Shown: positions 1-10,482 of the stretch, piece after piece | Layout of the letters: every line of letters begins with the position of its first letter | Position numbering within the stretch: the stretch's first letter is position 1 | Assembly (NCBI GenBank): GCA_963701855.1 | Contig: CAVPBK010000006.1 | Span: forward strand, 128,001 to 192,000 | Direction of reading: 5' to 3' | Length of the DNA stretch: 64,000 nucleotides | DNA from: Nitrospirota bacterium | GTDB lineage: Bacteria > Nitrospirota > Nitrospiria > Nitrospirales > Nitrospiraceae | Position numbers and translations under genes: made by a program | Notes under the pieces: generated by a model | What the model was told of the DNA's origin: nothing | Seen by the model: only the letters and a program-made list of their open reading frames with translations | Databases searched by the model: none

Positions 1-786
1 GCCCTTGGCGATGTCTATATCAACGACGCGTTCGGCGCTGCACACCGGGCTCATGCCTCCACCGTCGGCATCACCAAATTCATTCCCGCCTCGGCCGCCG
101 GCTTCCTCCTCAAGAAGGAAATCGAATACCTTGAAGGGGCCGTCGAAAACCCCGTTCGGCCCTTTGTCGCCATTCTCGGCGGGGCAAAAGTGTCGGGAAA
201 GATCGGCGTCATCGAGAATTTGGGCAAGCGCGTCGACAAAGTCATTATCGGCGGCGGCATGGCCTTTACCTTTTTAAAGGCGAAGGGACTGGAAATCGGC
301 AACTCGCTGGTCGAAAACGACATGCTGGACTTGGCCAAAGGCATCGAGGACCATGCCCTTTCCCGCGGCGTGAAATTTTACCTGCCGGTCGATTGTGTCG
401 TCGCGGCCAGCCGCGAGCCCGGGGCGGAAACAAAGATCGTTCCGGTCCAGGAGATTCCGAATGGCTGGTACGCGCTCGACATTGGTCCGGCCTCCGTCAA
501 ACTCTTCAACGAAGCAGTCCAGAACGCAAAGACCATTCTGTGGAACGGACCAATGGGGGTATTCGAAATCGATGCCTACGCACGAGGTACCCTTGCAATG
601 GCTCACGCGGTCGCCAATGCCTACGCCCTGACAATCGTCGGCGGTGGCGAAACGGCTTTGGCCGTGCATCGAGCCGGCGAATCTGAAAATATGTCGTTCA
701 TCTCGACCGGCGGCGGCGCCGCGCTGGAATTGCTCGAAGGCAAACAACTCCCGGGCTTGACGGCCCTCCCGGATCGAGTCGTGTAA
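1..786 (+). CDS. pgk: phosphoglycerate kinase, 5' truncated by the window
   Basis: Frame 1 open from base 1 ([20 protein letters not shown]); motifs [27 protein letters not shown]. Confidence 0.98.
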   Translation, partial: ALGDVYINDAFGAAHRAHASTVGITKFIPASAAGFLLKKEIEYLEGAVENPVRPFVAILGGAKVSGKIGVIENLGKRVDKVIIGGGMAFTFLKAKGLEIGNSLVENDMLDLAKGIEDHALSRGVKFYLPVDCVVAASREPGAETKIVPVQEIPNGWYALDIGPASVKLFNEAVQNAKTILWNGPMGVFEIDAYARGTLAMAHAVANAYALTIVGGGETALAVHRAGESENMSFISTGGGAALELLEGKQLPGLTALPDRVV

Positions 787-840
787 TCGCCTCGTCATTG
801 AGTGCATCCCCTTCTACCACCTCTGAGTATCGAGACACCT

Positions 841-1611
841 TTGCGCAGACCCCTCATCGTCGGCAACTGGAAGATGAACAAGACGGCCTCGGAGGCTGCG
901 GCCTTCATTCGCGACCTCCGCGAACGAGTACCTGCATCGCCTCACGCCGACATAGTCCTTGCGCCGCCCTTTACGGCCCTCGAATCGGCCCGCAACGCCT
1001 TGGGCCCCTCCTCTTGGATCAGCCTCGGCGCACAAACTTTACACTGGGAAACGCACGGGCCCTTCACGGGGGAAGTGTCCGCTCCGATGTTGCGCGATCT
1101 TGGCTGCCGTTATGTGATCGTCGGCCACTCTGAACGTCGCACGCTCTTTGGCGAACAAGATGATCATATTCAGAAGAAGGTCCGGGCGGCGTTGAAGCAC
1201 AGGCTCTGCCCGATCCTGTGCGTGGGAGAATCGCTGGCGGACCGAGAGGCGGGGCGAACGGAGTCGGTCATCACAGCTCAACTCAACAGCAGCCTGGCAG
1301 GACTACCCACACAGGATCTGGCGACCATCACGATCGCCTACGAACCGGTTTGGGCCATCGGCACAGGACAAGCTGCCACTGCAGAGCAGGCCGTGGCCGT
1401 GCATCGCTCGATCCGGCTGTTCATGGAGACCGAATGGAATAGTGAAGCGGCATCGGCCATCAGAATCCTGTACGGTGGAAGCGTCACGCCCCAGAACATC
1501 GAGTCGCTTTTAATTTTGGACGCGATCGACGGGGCTCTAGTGGGTGGGGCTTGTCTCAACCTCGATTCGTTTGCTACAATCATCAGTCGTGCTCAGATAC
1601 CGCGTGCCTAA
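841..1611 (+). CDS. tpiA: triosephosphate isomerase
   Basis: GNWKMN, GHSERR, AYEPVWAIGTG, LYGGSV motifs; start may be TTG 841 or GTG 802. Confidence 0.97.
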   Translation: MRRPLIVGNWKMNKTASEAAAFIRDLRERVPASPHADIVLAPPFTALESARNALGPSSWISLGAQTLHWETHGPFTGEVSAPMLRDLGCRYVIVGHSERRTLFGEQDDHIQKKVRAALKHRLCPILCVGESLADREAGRTESVITAQLNSSLAGLPTQDLATITIAYEPVWAIGTGQAATAEQAVAVHRSIRLFMETEWNSEAASAIRILYGGSVTPQNIESLLILDAIDGALVGGACLNLDSFATIISRAQIPRA

Positions 1612-1625
1612 TTGATCGGAGTGCC

Positions 1626-1988
1626 ATGTATATCTTCCTCATTATCATCCATATCTTGGTCTGTTTTCTCATGGTCGGCGCAATCCTCTTGCAATCAGGA
1701 AAGGGAGCTGAAATCGGTGCATCCTTCGGGGGCTCCAGCCAGACCGTCTTCGGTAGCCGTGGACCCGCGAATTTTTTGAGCAAGTTCACGGTCGTCGTTG
1801 CGGCCATCTTCATGCTAACGTCGCTCAGTCTGGCTATGCTCGCCAAAGACCGGAACTTTTCTTCCACAGTGATCGATCTCAACAAGAAAGAATCTCCTCA
1901 GGCCGCCCCTGAAACCCCGTCGGCTGCGCCGGCAGCCCCAGCCGCTGAGAGCCACACTCCAAGCGACACTTCTTCCGGCAAACACTAG
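1626..1988 (+). CDS. secG: preprotein translocase subunit SecG
   Basis: ILLQSGKGA..GASFGGSSQTVFGSRG, two TM segments, follows tpiA. Confidence 0.95.
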   Translation: MYIFLIIIHILVCFLMVGAILLQSGKGAEIGASFGGSSQTVFGSRGPANFLSKFTVVVAAIFMLTSLSLAMLAKDRNFSSTVIDLNKKESPQAAPETPSAAPAAPAAESHTPSDTSSGKH

Positions 1989-2009
1989 CAGGCAGTTGAA
2001 ACGGTCCGC

Positions 2010-2108
2010 CTGTCTGTCTTGTTTATTTGATCTGTCTTGTTTTTTTGGTTGAACGAGACGAACAGACGAACCAATCAACCAGTAAACAAGACAAACCAGA
2101 TAGACCAG
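2010..2108. repeat. inverted array of degenerate 9-mers (family C)
   Basis: (tctgtcttg)n - GTTGAAC - (aaaccagat)n; similar arrays at 12835, 20290, 24598, 31392, 40167. Confidence 0.8.
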
Positions 2109-2178
2109 TCTGTTCTCACAGGTGTCAAAAATGCCGCGTCGGGATGTACGTGGGAGAGAGAAACGACTCAGCGTCTTA

Positions 2179-3093
2179 CTAAATTCTGGTGAGCCACGCT
2201 TCGTGGGAAGGATCCTCCCCACGCACGATGGAAAAGAAGGTCTTCTGCAGAGCTTGCGTAATCGGACCTGGCGTTCCAGTTCCAATGCGGCGGTTGTCGA
2301 TCTCCCGGACCGGCGTCAGCTCAGCAGCGGTCCCGGTCACAAATACTTCATCGGCAATATACATGTCATCGCGTGTGAACCGCCCCTCCACTACAGGGAT
2401 ACGCTTCTCCCGCGCCAGATCGATGACGGAACTTCTGGTAATGCCGTCGAGGATTGAGGTGAGCGGCGTAGTTTTAATCTGCCCTTTCCGCACAATAAAG
2501 ATATTCTCCCCCGTCCCCTCGGACACATACCCCTCGGTATCGAGCAAAATGGCTTCATCGTATCCGTCCGCTTTCGCTTCCCGCTTCGCGAGAATCGAAT
2601 TCACGTAGTAGCCGGAAATCTTTCCTCTAGTCATCGAGACATTGACATGATGGCGAGTAAACGACGATACGCGGGCCCGCATCCCATTCGCGAGCGCATC
2701 ATCCCCGAGGTAGGCGCCCCAAGTCCAGGCCGCGATGGCCAGCTTAATTGGGTTATCGCCTGGATAGACCCCCATCGCTCCATGCCCGATGTAGACGAGG
2801 GGGCGGATATAGCAGGCTTCCAGCTTATTCACTCTGACGGTTTCCACGATGGCCGCTGCGACCTGCTTCTTGTCGAAGGGCATCTGCATCATGCCGATAT
2901 GGGCGGAATCGAACAGCCGATCCACATGTTCCTGCAACCGAAAAATTGCGGAACCGGACTTTCCCTTGTAACAGCGAATCCCCTCGAACACAGCCAGCCC
3001 ATAATGGAGCGAATGGGTCATTACATGGATTTGCGCGTCCGCCCAATTGACGAACGAACCGTCCATCCAAATCTTTCCTTGTGGTTCAAGCAT
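2179..3093 (-). CDS. ilvE: branched-chain amino acid aminotransferase
   Basis: LHYGLAVFEGIRCY, EGTGENIF, GTAAELTPV motifs. Confidence 0.96.
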   Translation of the reverse strand: MLEPQGKIWMDGSFVNWADAQIHVMTHSLHYGLAVFEGIRCYKGKSGSAIFRLQEHVDRLFDSAHIGMMQMPFDKKQVAAAIVETVRVNKLEACYIRPLVYIGHGAMGVYPGDNPIKLAIAAWTWGAYLGDDALANGMRARVSSFTRHHVNVSMTRGKISGYYVNSILAKREAKADGYDEAILLDTEGYVSEGTGENIFIVRKGQIKTTPLTSILDGITRSSVIDLAREKRIPVVEGRFTRDDMYIADEVFVTGTAAELTPVREIDNRRIGTGTPGPITQALQKTFFSIVRGEDPSHEAWLTRI

Positions 3094-3215
3094 AGGCAAT
3101 GCGGGCGAACACATGAAACATCGAGCGGTGGAATCGGAATATAGCAGCGGGCTCGAAGAAGCGTCAAGCAACCGGGCGCGGCATGGCCCACGGCAAGAAT
3201 GAAGAAGGGGGACGC

Positions 3216-3602
3216 TCAGGCAGGTAACTGAGGGGCACGAATCTGTTGGCTCAATGCATCGGTGATGTGCTTTACGGCTAATGGACTAAGGTGGACAAAG
3301 TTCAGACCGAAATCATATCTATTCACCCACCGAACCGTTGCTCGTTCAATCTCTATCGGCGGATCATCGTCCGCAAACGTAACGCGTAATGCCAAATCGA
3401 GTCCTAGCTTGACCTCATGGTCACCTTGGACACGCATTCCCGATTGAGACAGATTGGTCACGATACCTTTTCCAACACATTCCCCACTGAGATAATAGAG
3501 CGCTAGCCAGGTAGGTATGCGACGATAGGGACGGAGCACGAATCGAACGCGTTCCGGCTTGGAAGGACGAGGCTTCGGTGATGCAGCCATCATTAGCTCC
3601 AA
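3216..3602 (-). CDS. PilZ domain protein
   Basis: RxxxR (RPYRR) and NLSQSG motifs, VRW...FGLNF. Confidence 0.8.
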   Translation of the reverse strand: MELMMAASPKPRPSKPERVRFVLRPYRRIPTWLALYYLSGECVGKGIVTNLSQSGMRVQGDHEVKLGLDLALRVTFADDDPPIEIERATVRWVNRYDFGLNFVHLSPLAVKHITDALSQQIRAPQLPA

Positions 3603-3746
3603 TCCATAAATGGCTCAACAATAAGAATGCCAGCATACGCCCAGAAGCCGGAGCAGGATACCCCTACATATAGGCTAACCCGAATGAGGGAGGGGCGCCG
3701 GCGTACCCCCCGAGGCGAAATCTTAGAGAAGAGGCGTCCCTTTACC

Positions 3747-3776
3747 TTGACAGGCCTCAAATCCATATGTTACACA
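3747..3776 (+). promoter_or_regulatory. putative sigma70 promoter of the rplU operon
   Basis: TTGACA at 3747 and TGtTACACA at 3768-3776. Confidence 0.5.
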
Positions 3777-3805
3777 GTCATCTTCTGTAATGGAGACAGT
3801 GGCTT

Positions 3806-4120
3806 ATGTACGCAATCATTGAGACAGGCGGCAAGCAGTATCGGGTCGAACCTGGGTCATTGGTCCAGGTGGAATCCCTTCCTGGCGAGGTCGGGGGAAC
3901 AATTGAAATCGGCCAAGTTCGGTTGGTTCACGGTGAGAATGGCATGGTAGTCGGACAACCGTCGGTCAAAGGGGCCACGGTCAAAGCCGAGATCATCGCC
4001 CAAGATCGAACCCGCTCCATCACCATATTCAAAAAACAACGGCGCAAGAACTATCGACGGACCAATGGCCATCGCCAGGGCTTTACCAAATTGCGCATTA
4101 CCGGTATCGAAACGGCTTAG
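3806..4120 (+). CDS. rplU: 50S ribosomal protein L21
   Basis: MYAIIETGGKQY...GHRQ. Confidence 0.99.
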   Translation: MYAIIETGGKQYRVEPGSLVQVESLPGEVGGTIEIGQVRLVHGENGMVVGQPSVKGATVKAEIIAQDRTRSITIFKKQRRKNYRRTNGHRQGFTKLRITGIETA

Positions 4121-4132
4121 TGAGGATCAGTC

Positions 4133-4396
4133 ATGGCAACAAATAAAGGCGGCGGATCGACTAGAAACGGGCGCGATAGTAATCCGCAATATCTTGGGGT
4201 CAAGGCCTACGGTGGAGAAACCGTGAAGGCCGGATCAATTTTGATCCGTCAACGAGGGACAAAGTTCTTCCCCGGTTTCAACGTGGGCCTCGGCAAAGAC
4301 CATACCCTCTTCGCCCGCATCACAGGGATCGTGAAGTTCGAACGCGGTCGCGGACGGCAGAAGATCAGCGTCTACTCCGCCCCCGCGATTTCATAG
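4133..4396 (+). CDS. rpmA: 50S ribosomal protein L27
   Basis: [12 protein letters not shown]...RQRGTKF. Confidence 0.99.
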   Translation: MATNKGGGSTRNGRDSNPQYLGVKAYGGETVKAGSILIRQRGTKFFPGFNVGLGKDHTLFARITGIVKFERGRGRQKISVYSAPAIS

Positions 4397-4526
4397 TACA
4401 TTCTTTTCCTCTTTTCTCGTCACAGCTTCGTTACCCGTGAGGACTCCCGGCATGACTATACGTGCAACGGGATATTCCTCGCAGGTAATGATCTCACAGC
4501 CTTCACACTGAAGAAACGGTGCGCCA

Positions 4527-5552
4527 ATGTTTGTCGATGAAGTTCGTATCCGTATCACAGCCGGTCGAGGCGGCGACGGATCATGCAGTTTTCGACGCGA
4601 AAAGTTCGTGCCCCGCGGCGGGCCGGACGGCGGCGACGGAGGCCACGGCGGCAATGTCGTGTTTGAAGCGTCGCCTCGCATGACCACGCTCCTCGACCTC
4701 CGGTACCAAAAACACTACGAAGCAGAAGTCGGTCGCCAGGGAGGCGCTGCCAATTGCTCCGGGCGAACCGGCGAGGATGTGGTGGTGGCCCTTCCTGTCG
4801 GCACCGTTATCTTCGATGATCAGACAGGTGAGGTGCTGGCCGACCTGGTCACCCCTGGACAGCGGTTTGTGGCAGCTCGCGGAGGCCGAGGAGGGCGAGG
4901 GAATAACCATTTCGCGACCTCGACCAACCGCACGCCTACGAACTTTGAAACCGGCACCGAAGGCGAAGAACGGTCGCTCAGACTTGAACTAAAACTGTTA
5001 GCCGATGTCGGACTTGTGGGCTTTCCTAATGCCGGAAAATCGACGCTCATCTCCACAATCTCGGCGGCACGGCCGAAGATCGCCGACTACCCTTTCACCA
5101 CCCTGACGCCGAATCTGGGAATCGTCCGCTGGGGAGAAAAAGGAAGTTTTGCCGTCGCAGACATTCCGGGGATCATCGAAGGCGCCCATGAGGGCAAAGG
5201 GCTAGGACTCCAGTTTCTCCGACATATCGAACGCACGTCGTTTTTGCTGTACATGATCGACGTGTCAGAATGGGCCCCCGAGGGGCCGGTCAAGAGTTTT
5301 GAGGTCATGCGTCAGGAATTGGCCGCCTACGATGAGCCGATCATCACGCGCCCCTTCGCGGTGGTCGCCACGAAGATCGATGTGGTTGGAGACGGCTCGC
5401 GCATGCGCGAGTTGCAGAAGTATTGTAAGCGCCATCGCTATACGTGTCTCCCGATCTCTGCCGCCACGAGAGAAGGGTTAACAGAACTCGTCAGCTATGT
5501 GGGACAACAGGTTGCGCAACTTCGAGTCATACCATGCGAGATCAGCTCATAA
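4527..5552 (+). CDS. obgE: GTPase ObgE/CgtA
   Basis: Gly-rich Obg fold, GFPNAGKST, ADYPFTTL, DIPG. Confidence 0.98.
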   Translation: MFVDEVRIRITAGRGGDGSCSFRREKFVPRGGPDGGDGGHGGNVVFEASPRMTTLLDLRYQKHYEAEVGRQGGAANCSGRTGEDVVVALPVGTVIFDDQTGEVLADLVTPGQRFVAARGGRGGRGNNHFATSTNRTPTNFETGTEGEERSLRLELKLLADVGLVGFPNAGKSTLISTISAARPKIADYPFTTLTPNLGIVRWGEKGSFAVADIPGIIEGAHEGKGLGLQFLRHIERTSFLLYMIDVSEWAPEGPVKSFEVMRQELAAYDEPIITRPFAVVATKIDVVGDGSRMRELQKYCKRHRYTCLPISAATREGLTELVSYVGQQVAQLRVIPCEISS

Positions 5553-6655
5553 AACAAGCCACCCGCATCGTCATCAAAGTCGGGAGCAGTCTCGTCGCAT
5601 CCCGAGAGACCGGACTACGCCCCGAACGGATCGATCGACTCGCGGATGAAATCGCAGCCATCCGGTCAGGCGGGCGTGAAATCCTGATCGTCTCCTCCGG
5701 CGCGATCGTCTCCGGCATCAAGAAATTGGGTCTGACGGAATACCCCAAGAGCCTCCCGGTGAAGCAGGCGGCTGCGGCGGTCGGCCAAAGCCGGCTCATG
5801 TGGGCCTATGAGAAATCCTTTGAGCGGCTCAACGTCAAGGTCGCACAGATCCTACTGACACACCACGACCTCGCCGATCGTCGGCGCTTTCTCAATGCAC
5901 GCCACACCCTGACTGCGCTGATCGGATTTGGCGTCATCCCCATCATTAATGAAAACGATACGGTTGCTGTAGATGAAATCCGCGTGGGAGACAACGATAC
6001 TCTGGCCGCTGAGGTGGCCCATCTGGTCGACGCAGAACTACTGATTATCCTGTCCGATATCGACGGCTTGTTTACGGAGGACCCGCGCAAAAACCCTGCA
6101 GCCACACTGATTCCATTAATCCCGGACATTACCGAAGAAATTGAGCGGCGAGCCGGTGTCTCCAGCTCTTTCGAAGGAACCGGAGGCATGGCCACGAAAG
6201 TCCGGGCTGCCAAGAAAGTCAGTGAGTACGGAGTGGCCACCTTGATCTTGAACGGACAAAAAGCAGGCCTCCTTCCGCACGTATTAGCCGGAGGCCCTGG
6301 CGGTAGTCTCTTCCTTGCGAAGGAACGTCGCTTTACCAGCCGCAAACATTGGATCGCCTTCACCCTCAGGCCGCGCGGAACCCTGACGCTCGACCCCGGA
6401 GCCGTCGAGGCGCTGGCCCGACGGGGCAAAAGCTTGCTGGCTTCAGGTATTCTAGATGTCGGCGGGTCGTTCGATACGGGAGATGCGGTCAGCTGCCTCG
6501 ACCAGGACGGCAAAGAGTTCGCCAAAGGACTCGTGAACTTCTCCTCCGACACCTTGGCACGGATCAAAGGGCTCAAAACGACCGAGATCCAGCAGCAGCT
6601 CGGCCCACAGGAATACGAGGAAGTTATTCATCGGGACAACCTCGTCATTCTCTAG
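5534..6655 (+). CDS. proB: glutamate 5-kinase
   Basis: IKVGSS, INENDTV, GDNDTL, TGGMATK, C-terminal PUA domain. Confidence 0.97.
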   Translation: MRDQLIKQATRIVIKVGSSLVASRETGLRPERIDRLADEIAAIRSGGREILIVSSGAIVSGIKKLGLTEYPKSLPVKQAAAAVGQSRLMWAYEKSFERLNVKVAQILLTHHDLADRRRFLNARHTLTALIGFGVIPIINENDTVAVDEIRVGDNDTLAAEVAHLVDAELLIILSDIDGLFTEDPRKNPAATLIPLIPDITEEIERRAGVSSSFEGTGGMATKVRAAKKVSEYGVATLILNGQKAGLLPHVLAGGPGGSLFLAKERRFTSRKHWIAFTLRPRGTLTLDPGAVEALARRGKSLLASGILDVGGSFDTGDAVSCLDQDGKEFAKGLVNFSSDTLARIKGLKTTEIQQQLGPQEYEEVIHRDNLVIL

Positions 6656-6671
6656 ACCAGAGCGCTGAGTT

Positions 6672-7415
6672 ATGATGTCACCAAATTCTGAATCTCAGCC
6701 CTCAGCACCCGGCACTCAGCACTCTGGTCTACTTCGTCTCGGCCTCCTCGGCGGCAGTTTCAACCCCGTGCACAACGGTCACCTGACCATTGCACGCCAG
6801 ACACGCGAGGCCCTCGGACTCGACCAGATTCTCTTCGTTCCCACAAGTCTGCCTCCCCATAAGCCAAACGGCAGCCTGGCGCCGGCCCAAAACCGCTATG
6901 AGATGGTTCGCCTGGCCATCGCCTCAGACCCCTCTCTCGCCATCTCAGATGTGGAAATCCGGCGGCCAGGCAAATCCTACTCCATCGACACCATTCGCCT
7001 GCTGCAGCAAGAGTATGGCGCGAAGACCCAGCTCTTTTTTTTGATCGGGCTCGATGCTTTCCTGGATTTTCCCTCCTGGCGTGACCCCCTGACACTGCTG
7101 AAACTCTGCTCATTCGTCGTGCTCTCCAGGCCAGGCCTATCGTTTCGTTCCCTCTCAACCGTCGCATTGCTACCACCGATTCCCTACCCCTCGCTGGCAG
7201 ACCTCGATGCGGAACGGATTTCACGAATCGAAGCCCAAATCGGAACACAAAACTTGATCTGTCTCAAACTGCTGCCCTCCGCGGTCTCCGCATCGGACAT
7301 TCGTTCACGAATCCGTCAAGGGCTCCCGGTGGCAAATCTGTTGCCGCCCTTAGTGGAATCTTATATACTCCACCATCATCTCTACCAAGAGGACCGTAAT
7401 CGCACGAACAGCTAG
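6672..7415 (+). CDS. nadD: nicotinate-nucleotide adenylyltransferase
   Basis: GGSFNPVHNGH, SYSIDT, SASDIR. Confidence 0.96.
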   Translation: MMSPNSESQPSAPGTQHSGLLRLGLLGGSFNPVHNGHLTIARQTREALGLDQILFVPTSLPPHKPNGSLAPAQNRYEMVRLAIASDPSLAISDVEIRRPGKSYSIDTIRLLQQEYGAKTQLFFLIGLDAFLDFPSWRDPLTLLKLCSFVVLSRPGLSFRSLSTVALLPPIPYPSLADLDAERISRIEAQIGTQNLICLKLLPSAVSASDIRSRIRQGLPVANLLPPLVESYILHHHLYQEDRNRTNS

Positions 7416-7824
7416 GTCCACGGCCCTCGCCATTGCCCGGGCCATGCTCGATAAGAAAGCCACCGACGTTCTCGTCCTCCAGGTAGCGCCGTTGACCTCC
7501 GTTGCCGACTACCTGGTCATCGGCTCTGCGGATTCGGATCGACAAGCGAGTGCCATCGGAGATCATATCGACGGTATCCTTTCTCGCTCCGGCTCTAAAC
7601 CGCTGGGCGTCGAAGGCATGCGGTCATCCCAGTGGGTTCTGATGGACTTTGGCGATGTCATCGCCCATATTTTCAGGCAGGACATACGGAAGCATTATGC
7701 ACTCGAACGGTTGTGGGCCGATGCAAAACGCATCGCCATCCCGGGCAAACCGCCGGTCACACAACCAGCCGCGACCCCAATGCCCGTGAAGCGGAAAAAG
7801 GCGCCGACGAAAACAAAGGCCTAG
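7399..7824 (+). CDS. rsfS: ribosome silencing factor RsfS (start possibly ATC 7399, first ATG 7444)
   Basis: DKKA.D, ADYLVIGS, WVLMDFGDVIAHIF, YALERLW; follows nadD. Confidence 0.93.
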   Translation: MARTARSTALAIARAMLDKKATDVLVLQVAPLTSVADYLVIGSADSDRQASAIGDHIDGILSRSGSKPLGVEGMRSSQWVLMDFGDVIAHIFRQDIRKHYALERLWADAKRIAIPGKPPVTQPAATPMPVKRKKAPTKTKA

Positions 7825-7828
7825 ATCG

Positions 7829-9229
7829 ATGCTCCGACTGCTCACCACCATCTTCCTCGTCAGCGCCGGAATCTTCCTCTACAGCTATGCACGCGAGTTG
7901 AATCCGGGGGCAGTCACAGTCCGAACCAGTCCCTCCCTCCAGTTTGAACTGAGCCCCGTCACGCTCGTCGTCTTTTCTATGGCAGTCGGTGCTGTGCTCG
8001 TGGCCTTGGCAGTCGGCATGCGGCAAACCGCCCACGTCATCGGCAACTGGCGCAGCACGCGGCTGTTGCGGCGCAAAGAAAAGATCGATGCGCTCCATCG
8101 TGAAGGCACCCATGCCATCATGTCAAAACGCACCGTCGAAGCCATCGGCCTGTTCGAACGGGCGCTGGCCATGGACCCAAATCGTGTCGACTCACTGCTC
8201 TGGCTGGGAAACATTTACCGTGTAGAAAACAACTTCGCTGAGGCGATCCGCCTCCATCAACGAGCGAATCGCGTTGACGAGCGCAACATTGAAATTCTGC
8301 TGGAATTGGCCAACGACTTGGAGGGCGCCAAGCGCTATGAGGACGCCCTACAGACCCTGCACAAGATGCTCAAGGTCGAACCGGATAACCTCACCGCGCT
8401 CATCCGCAAGCGCGATCTGTTGATCAGGCTCGAAAAATGGAGCGAGGCGCTCGAAATCCAACATCGTCTCCTGAAGGCCAATCTGCCTGAGACTGAACGC
8501 AAGGCCGAGGCCCGTCTCCTCACTGGCTGCACATACGAGGTCGGGCGTCAACTGCTGGAACGAGGCCATCCCGATAAGGCACGGCGCTATTTCCGCGGCG
8601 CCATTAAGAAAGACCGGACATTCTTGCCGGCCTACGTCGGCATCGGCGAAATCTTGATCCGCGAAGGCAAGACCAAACAGGCCGTAGAAATTCTCAAGAA
8701 GATCTATGCCAAAACCCGCAGTAACATCATCCTGCACCGACTCGAAGAACTCTTTCTCGAACAGGGCGAACCCAGCGAAATTATCCGTGTCTACCAGGAG
8801 GCCCTCCGGCAAGACCCGAATAACCCTGCCCTGCAGTTCTATTTAGGCAAGCTCTACTACCGACTAGAAATGGTCGACGAAGCCTTCGACATCCTCTCGA
8901 CCGTCGAAGGAGTACAGGACCAATTGGCCGATTACCATAAGATCATGGCCAATCTCTATTTGCGCAAGCAGCAGATGGAGGAGGCCGTCGCCGAACTCAA
9001 GAAAGCCCTCCATTTCAAGAAACGTGTGGTCGTCCCCTATGTCTGCACCGCCTGCAGCCAAGAGTCGACCGAATGGTCTGGACGCTGCCGTCGCTGTGGA
9101 ACCTGGAATACATTGGTCGCACTGCCTTTGCCGAACGACGGGCAGGCGGTCCCCGGTCAAGATAGCAGCCCCCTCCCAGTCTCAGCAGTTCCCTACCAGG
9201 GCATTGCTTCTCCCTTCGAAACCGTGTAG
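7829..9229 (+). CDS. lapB: LapB-like TPR protein with LapA-like N-terminus and C-terminal rubredoxin-like Zn ribbon
   Basis: Two N-terminal hydrophobic segments, TPR repeats, YVCTAC...WSGRCRRCGTWNT. Confidence 0.75.
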   Translation: MLRLLTTIFLVSAGIFLYSYARELNPGAVTVRTSPSLQFELSPVTLVVFSMAVGAVLVALAVGMRQTAHVIGNWRSTRLLRRKEKIDALHREGTHAIMSKRTVEAIGLFERALAMDPNRVDSLLWLGNIYRVENNFAEAIRLHQRANRVDERNIEILLELANDLEGAKRYEDALQTLHKMLKVEPDNLTALIRKRDLLIRLEKWSEALEIQHRLLKANLPETERKAEARLLTGCTYEVGRQLLERGHPDKARRYFRGAIKKDRTFLPAYVGIGEILIREGKTKQAVEILKKIYAKTRSNIILHRLEELFLEQGEPSEIIRVYQEALRQDPNNPALQFYLGKLYYRLEMVDEAFDILSTVEGVQDQLADYHKIMANLYLRKQQMEEAVAELKKALHFKKRVVVPYVCTACSQESTEWSGRCRRCGTWNTLVALPLPNDGQAVPGQDSSPLPVSAVPYQGIASPFETV

Positions 9230-9301
9230 GTTTTCTACCTGACGTACGCGCAGCCATCCGCATTGCAGTCAAGACAACCTCTACAGATGATGGAGCCTCC
9301 C

Positions 9302-10348
9302 ATGGTGGTCGACTATCAGGATTTCGCTGCCAAAGCCTTGCGCGACGAGACGCTGACCAGAAGCGAATGCCAGGCCGTTCTCGATACTCCTGATGAGCAA
9401 TTACTGGAACTCCTCCAAGCCGCCTTTACCGTCCGATCCCGTTATTTCGGCAAAACCGTTCGCCTCCAGATGTTGCAGAACGCCAAGAGCGGGGCCTGCC
9501 AGGAAGACTGCCACTACTGTTCCCAATCTGCGATCTCCACCGCCCCCATCGAGCGCTATAACCTCTTGCCGCAAAAAGAGATGATCGACGGAGCCCGGCA
9601 AGCGGCGGCCTCAAAGGCCCAACGCTATTGCATCGTCATCAGCGGTCGGAGTCCCTTGGATCGAGAAATCGACGAAATCGCAGGAGCCGTCCGTTCGATC
9701 AAGCAGGAGATTCCGATTCAGATCTGCTGCTCGCTGGGCCTCATGAATGAGCAACAGGCCAAGCGACTGAAGGCGGCGGGAGTCGATCGGGTGAACCACA
9801 ACTTGAACACGAGCGAAGCCTTTCACACCTCTATCTGCACCACGCATACCTTCCAAGACCGGCTCAGCACCATCCGAAACGCCCGAGCGGCAGGATTGGA
9901 AATCTGCTCCGGCGGGATCGTGGGAATGGGAGAGAAAGACGAAGACCTCATCGACCTAGCGATGGCCCTAATCGAGGTAAAGCCGGACTCAATCCCGTTG
10001 AACACACTCCATCCAGCGACAGGCACACCGCTAGAAAACTGTGATAACCTGACTCCTCAACGCTGCTTGAAAGTGCTCTGCCTGTTCCGATTCCTGCACC
10101 CACGCACAGAACTCCGCGTGGCCGGAGGCCGCGAACACAATTTGCGCAGTCTCCAGCCGTTGGCGCTCTATCCAGCCGATTCCATCTTCGTGAACGGCTA
10201 CCTCACAACACCAGGCCAGCCAGCCCCGGAAGTCTGGGGCATGATCGAAGATCTGGGGTTTAAGATCGAAGTGGACTACCAAACGGCTGCTGAAAAAGTC
10301 CCCCAGCTTCGTTCTCAGTCGCTCGAACCCCTCAACGTACAGCACTGA
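9302..10348 (+). CDS. bioB: biotin synthase
   Basis: CQEDCHYCSQS radical SAM motif, NHNLNT, CSGGIVGMGE, GYLTT. Confidence 0.97.
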   Translation: MVVDYQDFAAKALRDETLTRSECQAVLDTPDEQLLELLQAAFTVRSRYFGKTVRLQMLQNAKSGACQEDCHYCSQSAISTAPIERYNLLPQKEMIDGARQAAASKAQRYCIVISGRSPLDREIDEIAGAVRSIKQEIPIQICCSLGLMNEQQAKRLKAAGVDRVNHNLNTSEAFHTSICTTHTFQDRLSTIRNARAAGLEICSGGIVGMGEKDEDLIDLAMALIEVKPDSIPLNTLHPATGTPLENCDNLTPQRCLKVLCLFRFLHPRTELRVAGGREHNLRSLQPLALYPADSIFVNGYLTTPGQPAPEVWGMIEDLGFKIEVDYQTAAEKVPQLRSQSLEPLNVQH

Positions 10349-10408
10349 GTACGCCTCGGGGTCCGAGTCTCCCTGCGGCCTCGCTGAACGCCTTTTTGAG
10401 CAGCCTGC
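10346..10408 (-). repeat. partial family B MITE/REP-like element
   Basis: ctgcggcctcgctgaacgcctttttgagcagcctgc is the reverse complement of the family B left end. Confidence 0.6.
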
Positions 10409-10482
10409 AATCTCTCTGGTCAGCAAGATTTTGGAGGCACTTCCAGGTGCGGAAAGATCAACGGACGAAAAAGAAATACCCA

